Shown piece by piece: positions 18,725-28,526 of a DNA stretch of 55,156 nt. Within the stretch, counting starts at the first letter, position 1, and each line of letters starts with the position of its first letter. The notes beneath the pieces are model-generated. The model searched no databases and was not told where the DNA came from. It worked only from the letters and a program-made list of their open reading frames with translations. The DNA comes from an uncultured virus (IMG/VR IMGVR_UViG_3300037467_000874) (lineage: Duplodnaviria; Heunggongvirae; Uroviricota; Caudoviricetes): the IMG/VR virus record IMGVR_UViG_3300037467_000874; one strand, written 5' to 3'. The position numbers were made by a program, and so were the translations under genes.

Positions 18725-19783
18725 TTAAAATGGCAATTCATCTTCCGAGATGTCTTCCTCATCATCAGAGCCAAGTCCACCTTTTTTCTTGCCTCCAAAG
18801 CTAACTTCCTCTTCGCCCTCATCTTCATCTTCAATCAATTCATCTTCAACGAAGTCTCCTTCATCGTACAACCCTTTCTTGTAAGTTGCACCATCAGCAT
18901 ACGTAATTTGAAGTTCTGTTACATAGTTTGTAACGGTATCACGCTGAACGCCCTTTGGACGTTTGCCGCCAAATGGATTCTCTTTTGGAGCTTCCTTAAC
19001 TTCTGTAACTACTGCATTGTTCATGCAAAGACCCTCAACTTGGATGAAGTCGCCAAATTTCAGCTTCTGGAAAGCCTTCAAAAGTTTAGCCAAATCTTTG
19101 TCATCTTCTGGACGAATTACAAATTGAGCAGGAGTAAATTTATTACCATATTGGATTGTGTATGCTGTAATTTCAAGAGTTTTGTCAGCACTATTGATGT
19201 TCGTTCCAGCAATAACAATCTCCTGCGAGAATCCAGCTACTTCTTCGAATTTTTCATCTTCAAAGTCAATATCAGCCTCTTTATAAATGCTGTTAATTAC
19301 ATAACGAATTTGAGGATTACCCTCATATTCTCCGAATTGAAGTTCGCCTTGAACTTTAACGCTGTCTCCGTCATTCAGATTGTCATAGATATATTCAACT
19401 GCATCATATGCAACCATAGTAGTACGAATATTTTTACCAGCTTCGTTTTGTTCAAGTCCCATATTGATACCAATCAATTGATATCCAGTAGGTAGATCAT
19501 CATGACGATCTTCAAAGTCAATGCGTTTCGTATCGCCTTTAGTACCTTTTTTCTTATTACCATGCTTGTAAGCGAATACGTGATCCATTTCCATACCAAA
19601 CAGTTCTACACTCAATTTATTAGTTGCACTCGTTTGAACTTGGAAGCGAATCGTTTTATACTCTTTGCCAGCATTTTTACCCTGATTGACATTGCCTTCA
19701 TTATATGCTCCATTCCTAGCAAGACCATCAACAATACCCTTCATTACGAACGAACCTTTTGTTTGTACTAATTCTTTACCCAT
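18725..19783 (-). CDS. Putative single-stranded DNA-binding protein (tandem OB-fold-like, SPbeta YorF-like)
   Basis: GDSVKVQGEL and GDFIQVEG OB-like strands; acidic tail ending EDELPF; adjacent to the AAA ATPase. Confidence 0.75.
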   Translation of the reverse strand: MGKELVQTKGSFVMKGIVDGLARNGAYNEGNVNQGKNAGKEYKTIRFQVQTSATNKLSVELFGMEMDHVFAYKHGNKKKGTKGDTKRIDFEDRHDDLPTGYQLIGINMGLEQNEAGKNIRTTMVAYDAVEYIYDNLNDGDSVKVQGELQFGEYEGNPQIRYVINSIYKEADIDFEDEKFEEVAGFSQEIVIAGTNINSADKTLEITAYTIQYGNKFTPAQFVIRPEDDKDLAKLLKAFQKLKFGDFIQVEGLCMNNAVVTEVKEAPKENPFGGKRPKGVQRDTVTNYVTELQITYADGATYKKGLYDEGDFVEDELIEDEDEGEEEVSFGGKKKGGLGSDDEEDISEDELPF

Positions 19784-19951
19784 TTTTAATTCCTCCTGAG
19801 TTATCTCATTTTTATATTTTCATAAAAATAAGTCTCAAGAGATCAAACATTCTTCATGTGTACCAACTGTTGTTTTGTTTATGTTACATTTGTTTGTTTT
19901 AGTTAAATCTTTTTTATGTTTTTCTAGCTGGCTGTTCTCTAAGACTTAAAT

Positions 19952-19980
19952 AGTATAGCATAACTTGTCAATCATGTCAA
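19952..19980 (-). promoter_or_regulatory. sigmaA-type promoter for the SSB/AAA operon
   Basis: TTGACA-17 bp-TATACT with extended -10 TG. Confidence 0.75.
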
Positions 19981-19987
19981 TAACTTC

Positions 19988-20191
19988 TTACAAGACTGGT
20001 AGATCATCTTCAAATTTAATAAAAGTCATTTCAATAACAGTAGATGTTCCATAGTTTGGAAAGTAGGTCACGTAACCTTCTTCGTTTTTTACATATGCAA
20101 AGCAAATTACTTCAGTATTTTGTTCTACCCAAAGATCATCGCCTTCATTGTCATGAATATAAAACCCTTTAACTGTCTTACCTTTTTTCAT
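19988..20191 (-). CDS. Hypothetical protein
   Basis: 67-aa ORF with RBS and promoter. Confidence 0.6.
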   Translation of the reverse strand: MKKGKTVKGFYIHDNEGDDLWVEQNTEVICFAYVKNEEGYVTYFPNYGTSTVIEMTFIKFEDDLPVL

Positions 20192-20222
20192 TTACCTCTT
20201 CCTCCTTAACCGATGTTTTACT

Positions 20223-20251
20223 AGTATACCATTTATTCTTACATCTGTCAA
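20223..20251 (-). promoter_or_regulatory. sigmaA-type promoter with conserved GTAAGAATAAATGG spacer
   Basis: TTGACA-gatgtaagaataaatgg-TATACT. Confidence 0.8.
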
Positions 20252-20268
20252 GCACTTAAAAATTACAT

Positions 20269-20601
20269 TTACACTTCGTTATAATAGAATGAATCTAAAG
20301 AACTTCCAACTTCATCTCTTACAATTGCTACCAACCATTCGTAAAACTCTAATTCCGTCATTTGTCTGATTTTATCAACATTATGAAGGAACATTCTCAT
20401 CATGAAATCTTCTGAAATGGCATATTCTGAAATGGCATAATCATACATTTCTTCAGTTTCTATATGAATGTTTATCGTAGTTAAACCAATATCAAATTTG
20501 CGAATGTAAGAACTGCCATAATCACAAGTATCGCATCCACCATAAGACTCACTATCATAATCCACACTCAAAATTCCACCATCAACCATTGGCAACAACA
20601 T
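20269..20601 (-). CDS. Hypothetical phage protein
   Basis: GGCDTCDYGS motif; internal 15-bp tandem duplication. Confidence 0.65.
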   Translation of the reverse strand: MLLPMVDGGILSVDYDSESYGGCDTCDYGSSYIRKFDIGLTTINIHIETEEMYDYAISEYAISEDFMMRMFLHNVDKIRQMTELEFYEWLVAIVRDEVGSSLDSFYYNEV

Positions 20602-20769
20602 TTTAAATCCACCCCGCCCATCTCAATAATAGAATACAAACACAGTTAAAAATGAATTTTCCTTTATACGATTTATCTTTTCTTTTCCATCCCATAAAGA
20701 TGTCAAGAGTAAGCCACAACAACAAGAACCATCCTACTACAATCACACTTCCTAAAAGAGTCATCCATG

Positions 20770-21117
20770 TCATGCTACTTTCCTCCAGTTAAGGCCATAT
20801 CCTTCTCTAATATAGAATCCCGTTTCAAATGAGAGAGTAGCTAAACAAATTTGAAGAACTGTTTCCATTTGTTCATGAAGCTTAGTATATTTATTCTCCA
20901 GTTCTCCAATGTAGTCATAGTAATCTTCATCTTCTTCATCGAGGAATTGTCCAGTTAAAATTTCATGCATGTCTCCAATAACATCACCATTTCCATAAGG
21001 ACGTTTGGAGTCAATAGCTGGAGCACCAAACTCACAATCATCCCAACGGACATACATATGCTTCAACAATTTAAGATGTTCTTCTGTGATTGTGAATGTT
21101 GCAGTTGTCATGGACAC
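20770..21117 (-). CDS. Hypothetical phage protein
   Basis: EFGAPAIDSKRPYGN motif; 115 aa. Confidence 0.7.
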   Translation of the reverse strand: MSMTTATFTITEEHLKLLKHMYVRWDDCEFGAPAIDSKRPYGNGDVIGDMHEILTGQFLDEEDEDYYDYIGELENKYTKLHEQMETVLQICLATLSFETGFYIREGYGLNWRKVA

Positions 21118-21563
21118 TACCTGCCTTCCAGTTCTTTCTTCACAATTTGATTTACCAATTTGCCATCAGCTTTGCCTTTAACTTTTGGTGCAAGTTCCTT
21201 CATGACATTCCCAATGTTTCTAGCACCGTCAGTCATGTTCTTAACAATCTCAGAAACAATGACATTAAGTTCTTCTTCTGTCAGTTGCTTAGGAAGATAA
21301 TTATCAAGAATTTTAATCTCGTCTTCTGCTTGTGTGGCTAGATCAAAACGCTTGGCACTTATAAATTCAAGAAAAACTTCCCTAGTTTGTTTAGATTGTT
21401 TTGCTACAATTTCAATAATCTCTTCGTCTGTAAGGTCACGTTTCAGATCAATAGACTTATTCTTAACAGCCGCTTTAATCATAGTGATAACATTCTTTCT
21501 ATTTTTATCCTTATCTTTCATTGCCTGTTTCAAATCATCGTTAAGTTTATTCATTAGTGTCAT
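21117..21563 (-). CDS. yqeY: GatB/YqeY domain protein
   Basis: DLKQAMKDKDK, EIKILDNYLPKQLTEEEL, GNVMKELAPKVKGKADGKLV. Confidence 0.92.
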   Translation of the reverse strand: MTLMNKLNDDLKQAMKDKDKNRKNVITMIKAAVKNKSIDLKRDLTDEEIIEIVAKQSKQTREVFLEFISAKRFDLATQAEDEIKILDNYLPKQLTEEELNVIVSEIVKNMTDGARNIGNVMKELAPKVKGKADGKLVNQIVKKELEGR

Positions 21564-21819
21564 TGTTTGTACCTCCTAAGTTTTTACATCCTTGTGGAAT
21601 TCCGTCTTCATTAAGAAGTGGAGTGATTCCACCTTTCCAATTAACAATATATTTGCAACCTGTATAGTTGTCAACGATAACTCCTGCGGCTGAATTAAAG
21701 TTCTCAACAGTAGAAAAATATTCTTTATTTACTGCATCAGCATCTGTATTTGTTATTACACAACCACCAATAATCATCAATACAATAAATGTTAAAAATG
21801 CGATATCAGCCTTATTCAT
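21547..21819 (-). CDS. Small exported or membrane-anchored protein
   Basis: Hydrophobic N-terminus; IVDNYTGCKY..GGITPL motif. Confidence 0.65.
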   Translation of the reverse strand: MNKADIAFLTFIVLMIIGGCVITNTDADAVNKEYFSTVENFNSAAGVIVDNYTGCKYIVNWKGGITPLLNEDGIPQGCKNLGGTNNDTNE

Positions 21820-21821
21820 AT

Positions 21822-22187
21822 TTATTCTCCTTTAATGGTATCCATAATTTCATGGATAGCGTAATATTCAGGATTGATAATGTGTTTAATCCCAATAAAG
21901 AAGAAGATCATACAGAGAATAAAACCAGCGGCAGGAAAGAGCATAAGGGCTATATATTCTGATTGATTACTTTTGATCAAATATTTAGACACCTTCCACA
22001 CAAAGATTCCAAGCACGATCATTCCAATTAGGCATCCAATCGCTGTTACAATGCCATCTATCAACTGTTGTTTTACTAGTACGATATACAAATGTTCAGC
22101 CGCAACCCCAATACCATTTGCAAGTTTCGCCATTGCATCCTGCAATTTAACTCCGAAATCTTTTCCTAAAATTTCTTTCCAATCCAT
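21822..22187 (-). CDS. Membrane protein
   Basis: Two TM segments; NPEYYAI C-terminus. Confidence 0.7.
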   Translation of the reverse strand: MDWKEILGKDFGVKLQDAMAKLANGIGVAAEHLYIVLVKQQLIDGIVTAIGCLIGMIVLGIFVWKVSKYLIKSNQSEYIALMLFPAAGFILCMIFFFIGIKHIINPEYYAIHEIMDTIKGE

Positions 22188-22368
22188 GTTTAATCGCTCC
22201 TTTTAGTTTGGGTTTAAGGTTTAATGTTCTTTTTTATTAGGAGAGGACATTGCCTCTCCCTGTTCTTCTTTCAATTCTTCATCTCTAAAAAGTGCAATCA
22301 TGCATGCAACAACGAAAAACACACCAACTATCGAAAATAATACTTGAGGATTCATTTTATCTTACACC

Positions 22369-23247
22369 TTACTGTTTACGCAAAGCGTTTTGAATTTCCC
22401 TGCGGAAAGCTTTCAGTACAGCAACTTCCAAGCCTTTATCTTTGTTGTATCTATCAGTTGGCAAACATTTTGCAATAGCTTTTCGAACTGTGCCTTCTGG
22501 ATCAGTGCTGAAGTTGTAAAAGATGATTGTAGCTGGATCATTGTAAATGACTCGTTGAAGATTCAAAGTCATTTGATACGTATAACCTGTCATATCAACT
22601 GCTTCACCTTTTTGTTTTGTAGACACAGGTTTGCTTGCTTCCTTGTTGTAATCTACATCTAGCCATAGAAAATCGTCCAGATCATCAAACTCATCTTCTT
22701 CTAAATTATCTTCTTCAGTAGCAAGTCCTTCAAACATTGCATCACACCATAACCAACCATTTTCTTCTACTACATAATCACCAAAATCGTCGGAAGCGCT
22801 TAGAATTGTAAGAGTTTTTCCAGAGAAATCAAGCATATCTAGATTACAATACAATCCTGCTTCATCATGAGAATCATAGTTTCCAACTTTCAAATCACTA
22901 CGGACCTTAACTTTGTCTCCAAATTTGTATTTGTGCATTTTAACAATCTCCTTTTCATCTGTGTTATCTTCGTCATCGTCATCAAAACCTTCTTCTAGTT
23001 CAACAAGTTCCAGCATGCCATCAGTCCAGATTACAGAATGATCATGATCTTTTAAGAAATATCCTTTTGCCCAGTAAATAGAATTTGTAACTCCAGAAAT
23101 TTCATGAACTGTTCCAACTTCAAATCCCTCTTCATTCCGCATAAAGAATACGTCATCAACATTTCCAGCCTTATCAAGAATTCTTACTTTGTCTCCAACT
23201 TTAAATTTACTATTGGCACCACGATTACTCACACAATCATCTCCCAA
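22369..23247 (-). CDS. Multidomain hypothetical protein with repeated KF(K)xGDKV modules
   Basis: KFKVGDKVRI and KYKFGDKVKVR units separated by acidic linkers. Confidence 0.7.
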   Translation of the reverse strand: MGDDCVSNRGANSKFKVGDKVRILDKAGNVDDVFFMRNEEGFEVGTVHEISGVTNSIYWAKGYFLKDHDHSVIWTDGMLELVELEEGFDDDDEDNTDEKEIVKMHKYKFGDKVKVRSDLKVGNYDSHDEAGLYCNLDMLDFSGKTLTILSASDDFGDYVVEENGWLWCDAMFEGLATEEDNLEEDEFDDLDDFLWLDVDYNKEASKPVSTKQKGEAVDMTGYTYQMTLNLQRVIYNDPATIIFYNFSTDPEGTVRKAIAKCLPTDRYNKDKGLEVAVLKAFRREIQNALRKQ

Positions 23248-23253
23248 TTCATT

Positions 23254-24261
23254 TTATTTAGCATTTGTATCGGCTTCTTTGAATCGTACAAGCATATTAT
23301 ATACTGGCTCTCCTACAAAGTCAAGCAATTTTTTCTTACCTTTACTAGAATCGCCAATTGATAAGAGTTTCATATGATTCTGTACAATGTCAACAACATC
23401 AAGAACAAAGTCAATAGAGTAACCGAGACTCATAAGGGTATTGAATGCTAACTGCGAAGAAACATTCTCATGTCCAATGAAACTTGCATATCGTTTGCCA
23501 TCTGTAAATTCTTTACAGAAATATTTACCTGTATCATGGAACAATGCCGCCCAAACCAGCACAAGTCTATCATATCCGTCATAAGTCATATAGTTATCTA
23601 CAATATCTTTCCAAACATAGTAACTGTGTCTACTTACACTGAACGAATGAAAACTATTGTCTTGTGCTAGGTTATAAATCTTTCTAAATGTTTCACTTTG
23701 AAACAAATGAAGTCCAAACAGTTCTTCATGTGTCATTTCATAATTTAGAATAATTTCTTCCAAATCCTCTTTACTATAAAGCTTACGCAACACATCTTGA
23801 TAGTAAGAAACTGCTTGAATATCATCCCATCCTTCTAAATACGTAGGAATTTGAAGAGTCTTATACATACGCTCAATGACACGTTCTGGTACAACTCTAT
23901 CACGTTTCGCATTACGTTCCAAGCAGATTTCGTATGGAAGATCAAAGTAAACTGCAACTAGTTTATCAACATGCGATCTGAATTCATCTACCAATGCCTT
24001 TCTACGCTTTGCAGATACATTTGTTGCATCATAGAATACATCTTTACCTTCTTTAAGAGCATCTTTAGCTCGTTTATGCAACTCTTTGAATACTTCGTCA
24101 TTATGCGTTTGATCGTTCACGTCTCCGTAAAGCTCAAGACGAAGTTCATCAGACGATAGAATTACAGTGTTCTCTAGTTTGCTTGCATAAGTCGATTTTC
24201 CAGAACCACACAAGCCAACAGAAACGATTAATTTACTCATTTTCGTTCCTTCCCCTTCCAT
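23254..24261 (-). CDS. Polynucleotide kinase-like P-loop domain fused to an HD domain
   Basis: GLCGSGKST, SSDELR, YDATN, RNAKRDRVVP; C-terminal H...FHDTGK...GHE...HM...D. Confidence 0.85.
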   Translation of the reverse strand: MEGEGTKMSKLIVSVGLCGSGKSTYASKLENTVILSSDELRLELYGDVNDQTHNDEVFKELHKRAKDALKEGKDVFYDATNVSAKRRKALVDEFRSHVDKLVAVYFDLPYEICLERNAKRDRVVPERVIERMYKTLQIPTYLEGWDDIQAVSYYQDVLRKLYSKEDLEEIILNYEMTHEELFGLHLFQSETFRKIYNLAQDNSFHSFSVSRHSYYVWKDIVDNYMTYDGYDRLVLVWAALFHDTGKYFCKEFTDGKRYASFIGHENVSSQLAFNTLMSLGYSIDFVLDVVDIVQNHMKLLSIGDSSKGKKKLLDFVGEPVYNMLVRFKEADTNAK

Positions 24262-24452
24262 TCTTTATGCCATTTATATGTGTCATACAATTCTAAAGCC
24301 AGTGCTCCAGTAAAAAAAGAGCCTAAAACCACACAAATTGCCATAAGAATCCATCTAAAAATATTAGGATATTCAGATATAATAACGGCAATAATAGATG
24401 CAATAAGTATAATTGAAAAGCCAATTAAAAATTGTTTAAGTGTTCTGTTCAT
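24237..24452 (-). CDS. Small membrane protein
   Basis: Two hydrophobic segments; GGAGG RBS. Confidence 0.6.
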   Translation of the reverse strand: MNRTLKQFLIGFSIILIASIIAVIISEYPNIFRWILMAICVVLGSFFTGALALELYDTYKWHKEWKGKERK

Positions 24453-24506
24453 TTTTATCCTCCAGTTTTAGCGAGAGTCATGTATCCACACAACTCTCGC
24501 TGTACA

Positions 24507-25325
24507 TTACGATTTAGAAATCTCAGAAATAATCTTATTCCTAATAATGCGATGCGAAAGTATTGTAAATCTATGTTTGACAGAGAAGTCAATTGTAGAT
24601 TCATTAATTTCAGATAGAATATTTTCTTTTACATCTTTTGCAAGATTCATGACGTAAGAAACATAGCCTTTAACAGTATCTAAATCTTCTTTGTTCGTTT
24701 TCAAATCCATTAGAGAATCATAATGCTCTTTATCTGGTTTCATTGATCTTTCCATAGTCTTGAACTCATAAAAGTAGTCAAGCATCATCAAATAAAGGCG
24801 AAGAACATGGTGAGCCTGTTTGCCGTCATACCCATATTTCTCTATCTTATCTGCAATAGAAGGGTAAGGATGGCACAATGCCTTTTCTTTCTCGCACATC
24901 ATTCCGTACATTGCTCTAACAAATTGCGCTCTCAAGGAATATACAATTTCTTCTCTTAGCGAAAGAATTTCAGAGAACTCATCAACAAAATCTTCATCAA
25001 CAATGAAGTATTCTGTGAACAACGTTTCAATATATGCAGGATTAGCTTTGAGCAGAATTTCAAAGTAAGTGCGAATATCCTTGATATCACACTGTCCCCA
25101 CTCTGTGTCAATTACTTCTGATACAGGTTTGCTGTTATAGATAAGATCATCAAGATCAGGAACTACAACGGCTTTCATATCTACGTCAGACTTGTATTCG
25201 TCAGTGTAGATGTCAAGGCCGTAATTTTGCGAGCCATAGAGGGCTATAAATGCTACTTTATAGCCCATTGACTCTAGGATAGATTTCTGTTTTTCAAGTT
25301 TGTTCATGATATCATTTTGTTTCAT
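24507..25325 (-). CDS. Nucleotidyltransferase (pol-beta superfamily)
   Basis: LYGSQNYGL...SDVD, KANPAYIETLF, GYDGKQAHH. Confidence 0.85.
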   Translation of the reverse strand: MKQNDIMNKLEKQKSILESMGYKVAFIALYGSQNYGLDIYTDEYKSDVDMKAVVVPDLDDLIYNSKPVSEVIDTEWGQCDIKDIRTYFEILLKANPAYIETLFTEYFIVDEDFVDEFSEILSLREEIVYSLRAQFVRAMYGMMCEKEKALCHPYPSIADKIEKYGYDGKQAHHVLRLYLMMLDYFYEFKTMERSMKPDKEHYDSLMDLKTNKEDLDTVKGYVSYVMNLAKDVKENILSEINESTIDFSVKHRFTILSHRIIRNKIISEISKS

Positions 25326-25339
25326 CTGGATTCCTCCAT

Positions 25340-26650
25340 TTATTCTTCTACTTGGTCTTGATTTTCTTCCATGTCAGGAGCTTCAGCATCAGCTTTAATT
25401 AATCCTTCTAAAACTTTGAAATTAAACGACTTGTGTTTGAATGCTGTAAACTTCTCTTTGTTGTCAATACGGACAATTACGCCTTCCCTAATGTGACTTT
25501 TGCCAATTGGATCAGGCCCATCAGCATAGAGGTTTACAACATGCATAAACATTTTTCGTTCATCTTCTTCTGCATCTCCAAATCCACCAATTAAATTGCC
25601 AAATGTAACTTTTGTAAGCTCTGGAACGTGCTTGACACCCATCTGTTCACAACGAGTTTTAACAAGATGCCAAGGATATTCAACAATATTACCGTCTTCA
25701 TTCGTCATAGTCATACGGTAAACATAAATATCACTTTGACCATACTCGCAACCATATGTGAATTGTGTAGTTTTGCCGTATTGCTTAATAAACTCTTTAT
25801 CTCTCGTTTTCGTGTTATCACACTCACCCATAATCAGACTACCTGTGTCTGTGTATCCTACAACCTCGTAGTAAACACTCTCCCCTTTGTGGAGCTTTCC
25901 AACGAACAGATCGTGCCATTGTTGCCTGAAGGAGTTGGAGCCGTAGAAACCACTGTCAAACGTCTTAAGCGTGACTCTACGTGTTCCAGTTACGTAATCC
26001 CAAGATGTATTAATTTTATCTTTCCTCTTGAACAACCGTGCAAGAAATCCTTGCTCTACCTTTTCTTCTTTGATCGTATAAGAAGTGCGTTGACTAGTTC
26101 CATGCATCTTAAGCGTAACAACGCACTCGTCACCAGCTTTAAACTGACCAAGGTTATAAGCCAATTGTGCTGTATCACTATGTTCTTTGAACAAAGGGAA
26201 AGACTCTTTGTCTTCAACCGCCTTCTTAGTCTTAACTTTGCTAGAAGGATTAGGATTAGATGGTTTACGATAAGGTACATATTTAGAACAAATTTCTACG
26301 CCTCCAAGTACACTAATCGTATCTCCTTCTTTTAGCTTGCTAACATCAGTGAACTTGCTCAGGCTTTCAATCCCAAGAATAAGGCCGTCCGAACGCTCAC
26401 CACGCAATTTGATAGTCGTTACATGTCTCTTGTTATCGTCCAAATATCCGCCAAGCTCACGTGTAAGCTTATTTTCTTTGGCAAACTCTTCACCCAATTT
26501 TCCATCTGTTGGGAAGTACACTACAAGATCACCTTCTTGTGTATTCAGGCCAACAATTACATCATTGCCAAACACAGTTGCCACCTGAAGACGATCAGCA
26601 TTAGAATGTTTACGAATATTTTTGATTCTAGTTACATATGCATTATACAT
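25340..26650 (-). CDS. ATP-dependent RNA ligase with N-terminal tRNA-binding-like OB domain (DRB0094-like)
   Basis: HSNADRLQ..IKLRGERSDG N-terminus; motif I TLKMHGTS, YYEVVG, REGVIVR, FKHKS. Confidence 0.85.
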   Translation of the reverse strand: MYNAYVTRIKNIRKHSNADRLQVATVFGNDVIVGLNTQEGDLVVYFPTDGKLGEEFAKENKLTRELGGYLDDNKRHVTTIKLRGERSDGLILGIESLSKFTDVSKLKEGDTISVLGGVEICSKYVPYRKPSNPNPSSKVKTKKAVEDKESFPLFKEHSDTAQLAYNLGQFKAGDECVVTLKMHGTSQRTSYTIKEEKVEQGFLARLFKRKDKINTSWDYVTGTRRVTLKTFDSGFYGSNSFRQQWHDLFVGKLHKGESVYYEVVGYTDTGSLIMGECDNTKTRDKEFIKQYGKTTQFTYGCEYGQSDIYVYRMTMTNEDGNIVEYPWHLVKTRCEQMGVKHVPELTKVTFGNLIGGFGDAEEDERKMFMHVVNLYADGPDPIGKSHIREGVIVRIDNKEKFTAFKHKSFNFKVLEGLIKADAEAPDMEENQDQVEE

Positions 26651-26676
26651 AGTTTATTTTCTACCCCTTTTTAGGT

Positions 26677-26931
26677 TTATTGTTTTTTTATAAACAAAAT
26701 TCTTTTAATTCCATTCCTTACGGCAACTTGCAAATTCCAATTGTCCGAAAAATCTGATTCCATCAAAAGTAATAGTGAAGAAATAACAACATTTACTAAT
26801 GGTATCAGAGCAATTAGTGCTAACAATACTGCTACAAAAAGACTACCAGTAATTCCTAAATATTTTGCATGAATCCTGTAGATAAAGAGAGTTAACAAGG
26901 TTGACACTCCCCAAAGTATATAGAATATCAT
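26677..26931 (-). CDS. Small membrane protein
   Basis: Hydrophobic 84 aa with IPLVN motif; resembles the adjacent gene. Confidence 0.6.
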   Translation of the reverse strand: MIFYILWGVSTLLTLFIYRIHAKYLGITGSLFVAVLLALIALIPLVNVVISSLLLLMESDFSDNWNLQVAVRNGIKRILFIKKQ

Positions 26932-26943
26932 TCAAATTCCTCC

Positions 26944-27216
26944 TTATTTAAAAAACATTATTTTCTTTATAATCTTTCCGAGCAACAAAGGACTGTTATT
27001 TATACGTCCAATGACTTCAAAAATATTTACTACAATTACTATAATTGCAACCACACTATTAAAATATGGAGTGAGAACAGCTATAAAAAATATAATAAAA
27101 TCTATCAATTTAATTCCATCAGCTTCAAGAATTTTCTTGTCTGTGATTTGCCTAAAGCCCAAGTAGGCCAGTATCACAGAAACGATATACACAATCCAGA
27201 ACCACATTGTAATCAC
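26944..27216 (-). CDS. Small membrane protein
   Basis: Hydrophobic 90 aa with TPYFN motif. Confidence 0.6.
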   Translation of the reverse strand: MITMWFWIVYIVSVILAYLGFRQITDKKILEADGIKLIDFIIFFIAVLTPYFNSVVAIIVIVVNIFEVIGRINNSPLLLGKIIKKIMFFK

Positions 27217-27773
27217 TCTCCATAAATAATTTCTTTTAAAAAGAAATCATGAACATCTTCCCAACTTTTTGCTCTTTGGAATCTATCTCCAAGATACCAA
27301 TTCCAAGGACAAGGATTATCGAAAAGCAAAACTTTGTTTGGAAACACTTCTGCATTATGTCCACCATCATCAACCAGATAATCAGCATTGAACATAAATT
27401 TATCGTTCAAGAACGTCAATCTTTTAATGTCAAAGAATGGAAGATGTTTCATAACCCACTTAGCTTTATCAGCACAATTTGCCCAATGATAAGCTGTTAC
27501 AATATAAATGTCATAGTGTTCATTAAGCCATTCCATAACATTTCTTGCACCTTCACGAATACCAAGATTGGCGAAAAATCCTTCTTCATGGAAATATTCA
27601 AAGATTCGTTGTCCGCATTCTGGCCTAACAATCTTCGACGTGTCCCAATCAGTCATGTCAAGAACCGTCTTTGTGTCGTGCCAGTCAGCGTTATAACGAG
27701 CCATCCATACTTCATCAAGATTGTTCAGCGTAGAATCAAGATCAACTGCAATTTTCTTCTTCAACAAGCTCAA
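27213..27773 (-). CDS. 5'(3')-deoxyribonucleotidase, HAD superfamily (SPbeta YorS-like)
   Basis: AVDLDSTL, GFFANL, IYIVTA, KAKWV, YLVDDG. Confidence 0.9.
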   Translation of the reverse strand: MSLLKKKIAVDLDSTLNNLDEVWMARYNADWHDTKTVLDMTDWDTSKIVRPECGQRIFEYFHEEGFFANLGIREGARNVMEWLNEHYDIYIVTAYHWANCADKAKWVMKHLPFFDIKRLTFLNDKFMFNADYLVDDGGHNAEVFPNKVLLFDNPCPWNWYLGDRFQRAKSWEDVHDFFLKEIIYGE

Positions 27774-28026
27774 CCCCTTTGGTCATAACCATTGACGGAA
27801 TGCCATTTTCATCGTACACAAGAACAGAAGATTCTGTAACTTTAACCTTGTAATCTCCATCAGATTTCATGTCTTTGCTCCACACTGCAATTGAAAACGC
27901 TGTTCCCTTGAGAATTGCTCCGTACATACACGTGTAGAGTTCAAACACTTTTTCTTCCATTTCTACCACTCCTGTTCTTGAATGCTGTTCAATACGAATT
28001 TGATAACATCCCGCACAGTTACCCAT
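27742..28026 (-). CDS. Hypothetical protein (likely start MEEKV, about 27960)
   Basis: AGGAG RBS precedes the internal Met. Confidence 0.5.
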   Translation of the reverse strand: MGNCAGCYQIRIEQHSRTGVVEMEEKVFELYTCMYGAILKGTAFSIAVWSKDMKSDGDYKVKVTESSVLVYDENGIPSMVMTKGVELVEEENCS

Positions 28027-28217
28027 CTTTCCATATCATCTTCATAGATATCAATCTCAAACTCGCTTTGAAGGTCATCTGCTACATAAACAATATCCTC
28101 TTCTGACAATCCTAAATCTTTTACAAGTCTGGATGACTTCTTGATTTCATCTGCATCACAAAGTTCCCAAATTGCATTCTTTACAAAATCTTCTACCTCG
28201 TATTTGTTATGACTCAT
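27963..28217 (-). CDS. Acyl carrier protein-like protein lacking the canonical DSL serine
   Basis: SSRLVKDLGLSEEDIV...SEFEIDIYEDDMERWVTVRDVIKFV follows the ACP pattern. Confidence 0.75.
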   Translation of the reverse strand: MSHNKYEVEDFVKNAIWELCDADEIKKSSRLVKDLGLSEEDIVYVADDLQSEFEIDIYEDDMERWVTVRDVIKFVLNSIQEQEW

Positions 28218-28255
28218 TGTGTATCCCTCTACCTTTCGCTGTTTAGTATAATTTA

Positions 28256-28483
28256 TTATTCTTGAACTTTAAAAATTTCTTTAAACGCTTTATCTTTCAT
28301 CCAATCCTTCTCTTTATTCGTTGCAACAGTACGGATACAGCCTGTTTCGTCTTTGGTAATCAGGCTATTGCCAAAAACAGAGGCTATATAAACCTTTTCT
28401 TTTTCAAAGAAAACAATTCCGCTTGCATAATGCTTTACTGTATTTGTACATTTAATTTTTAACTCTTCATGGCTCTCCAACAT
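28256..28483 (-). CDS. Hypothetical protein
   Basis: 75-aa ORF with GAGGTG RBS. Confidence 0.6.
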   Translation of the reverse strand: MLESHEELKIKCTNTVKHYASGIVFFEKEKVYIASVFGNSLITKDETGCIRTVATNKEKDWMKDKAFKEIFKVQE

Positions 28484-28526
28484 TAATCACCTCATTCATT
28501 TATTCTTTCATTTATCCTGTAAACAA

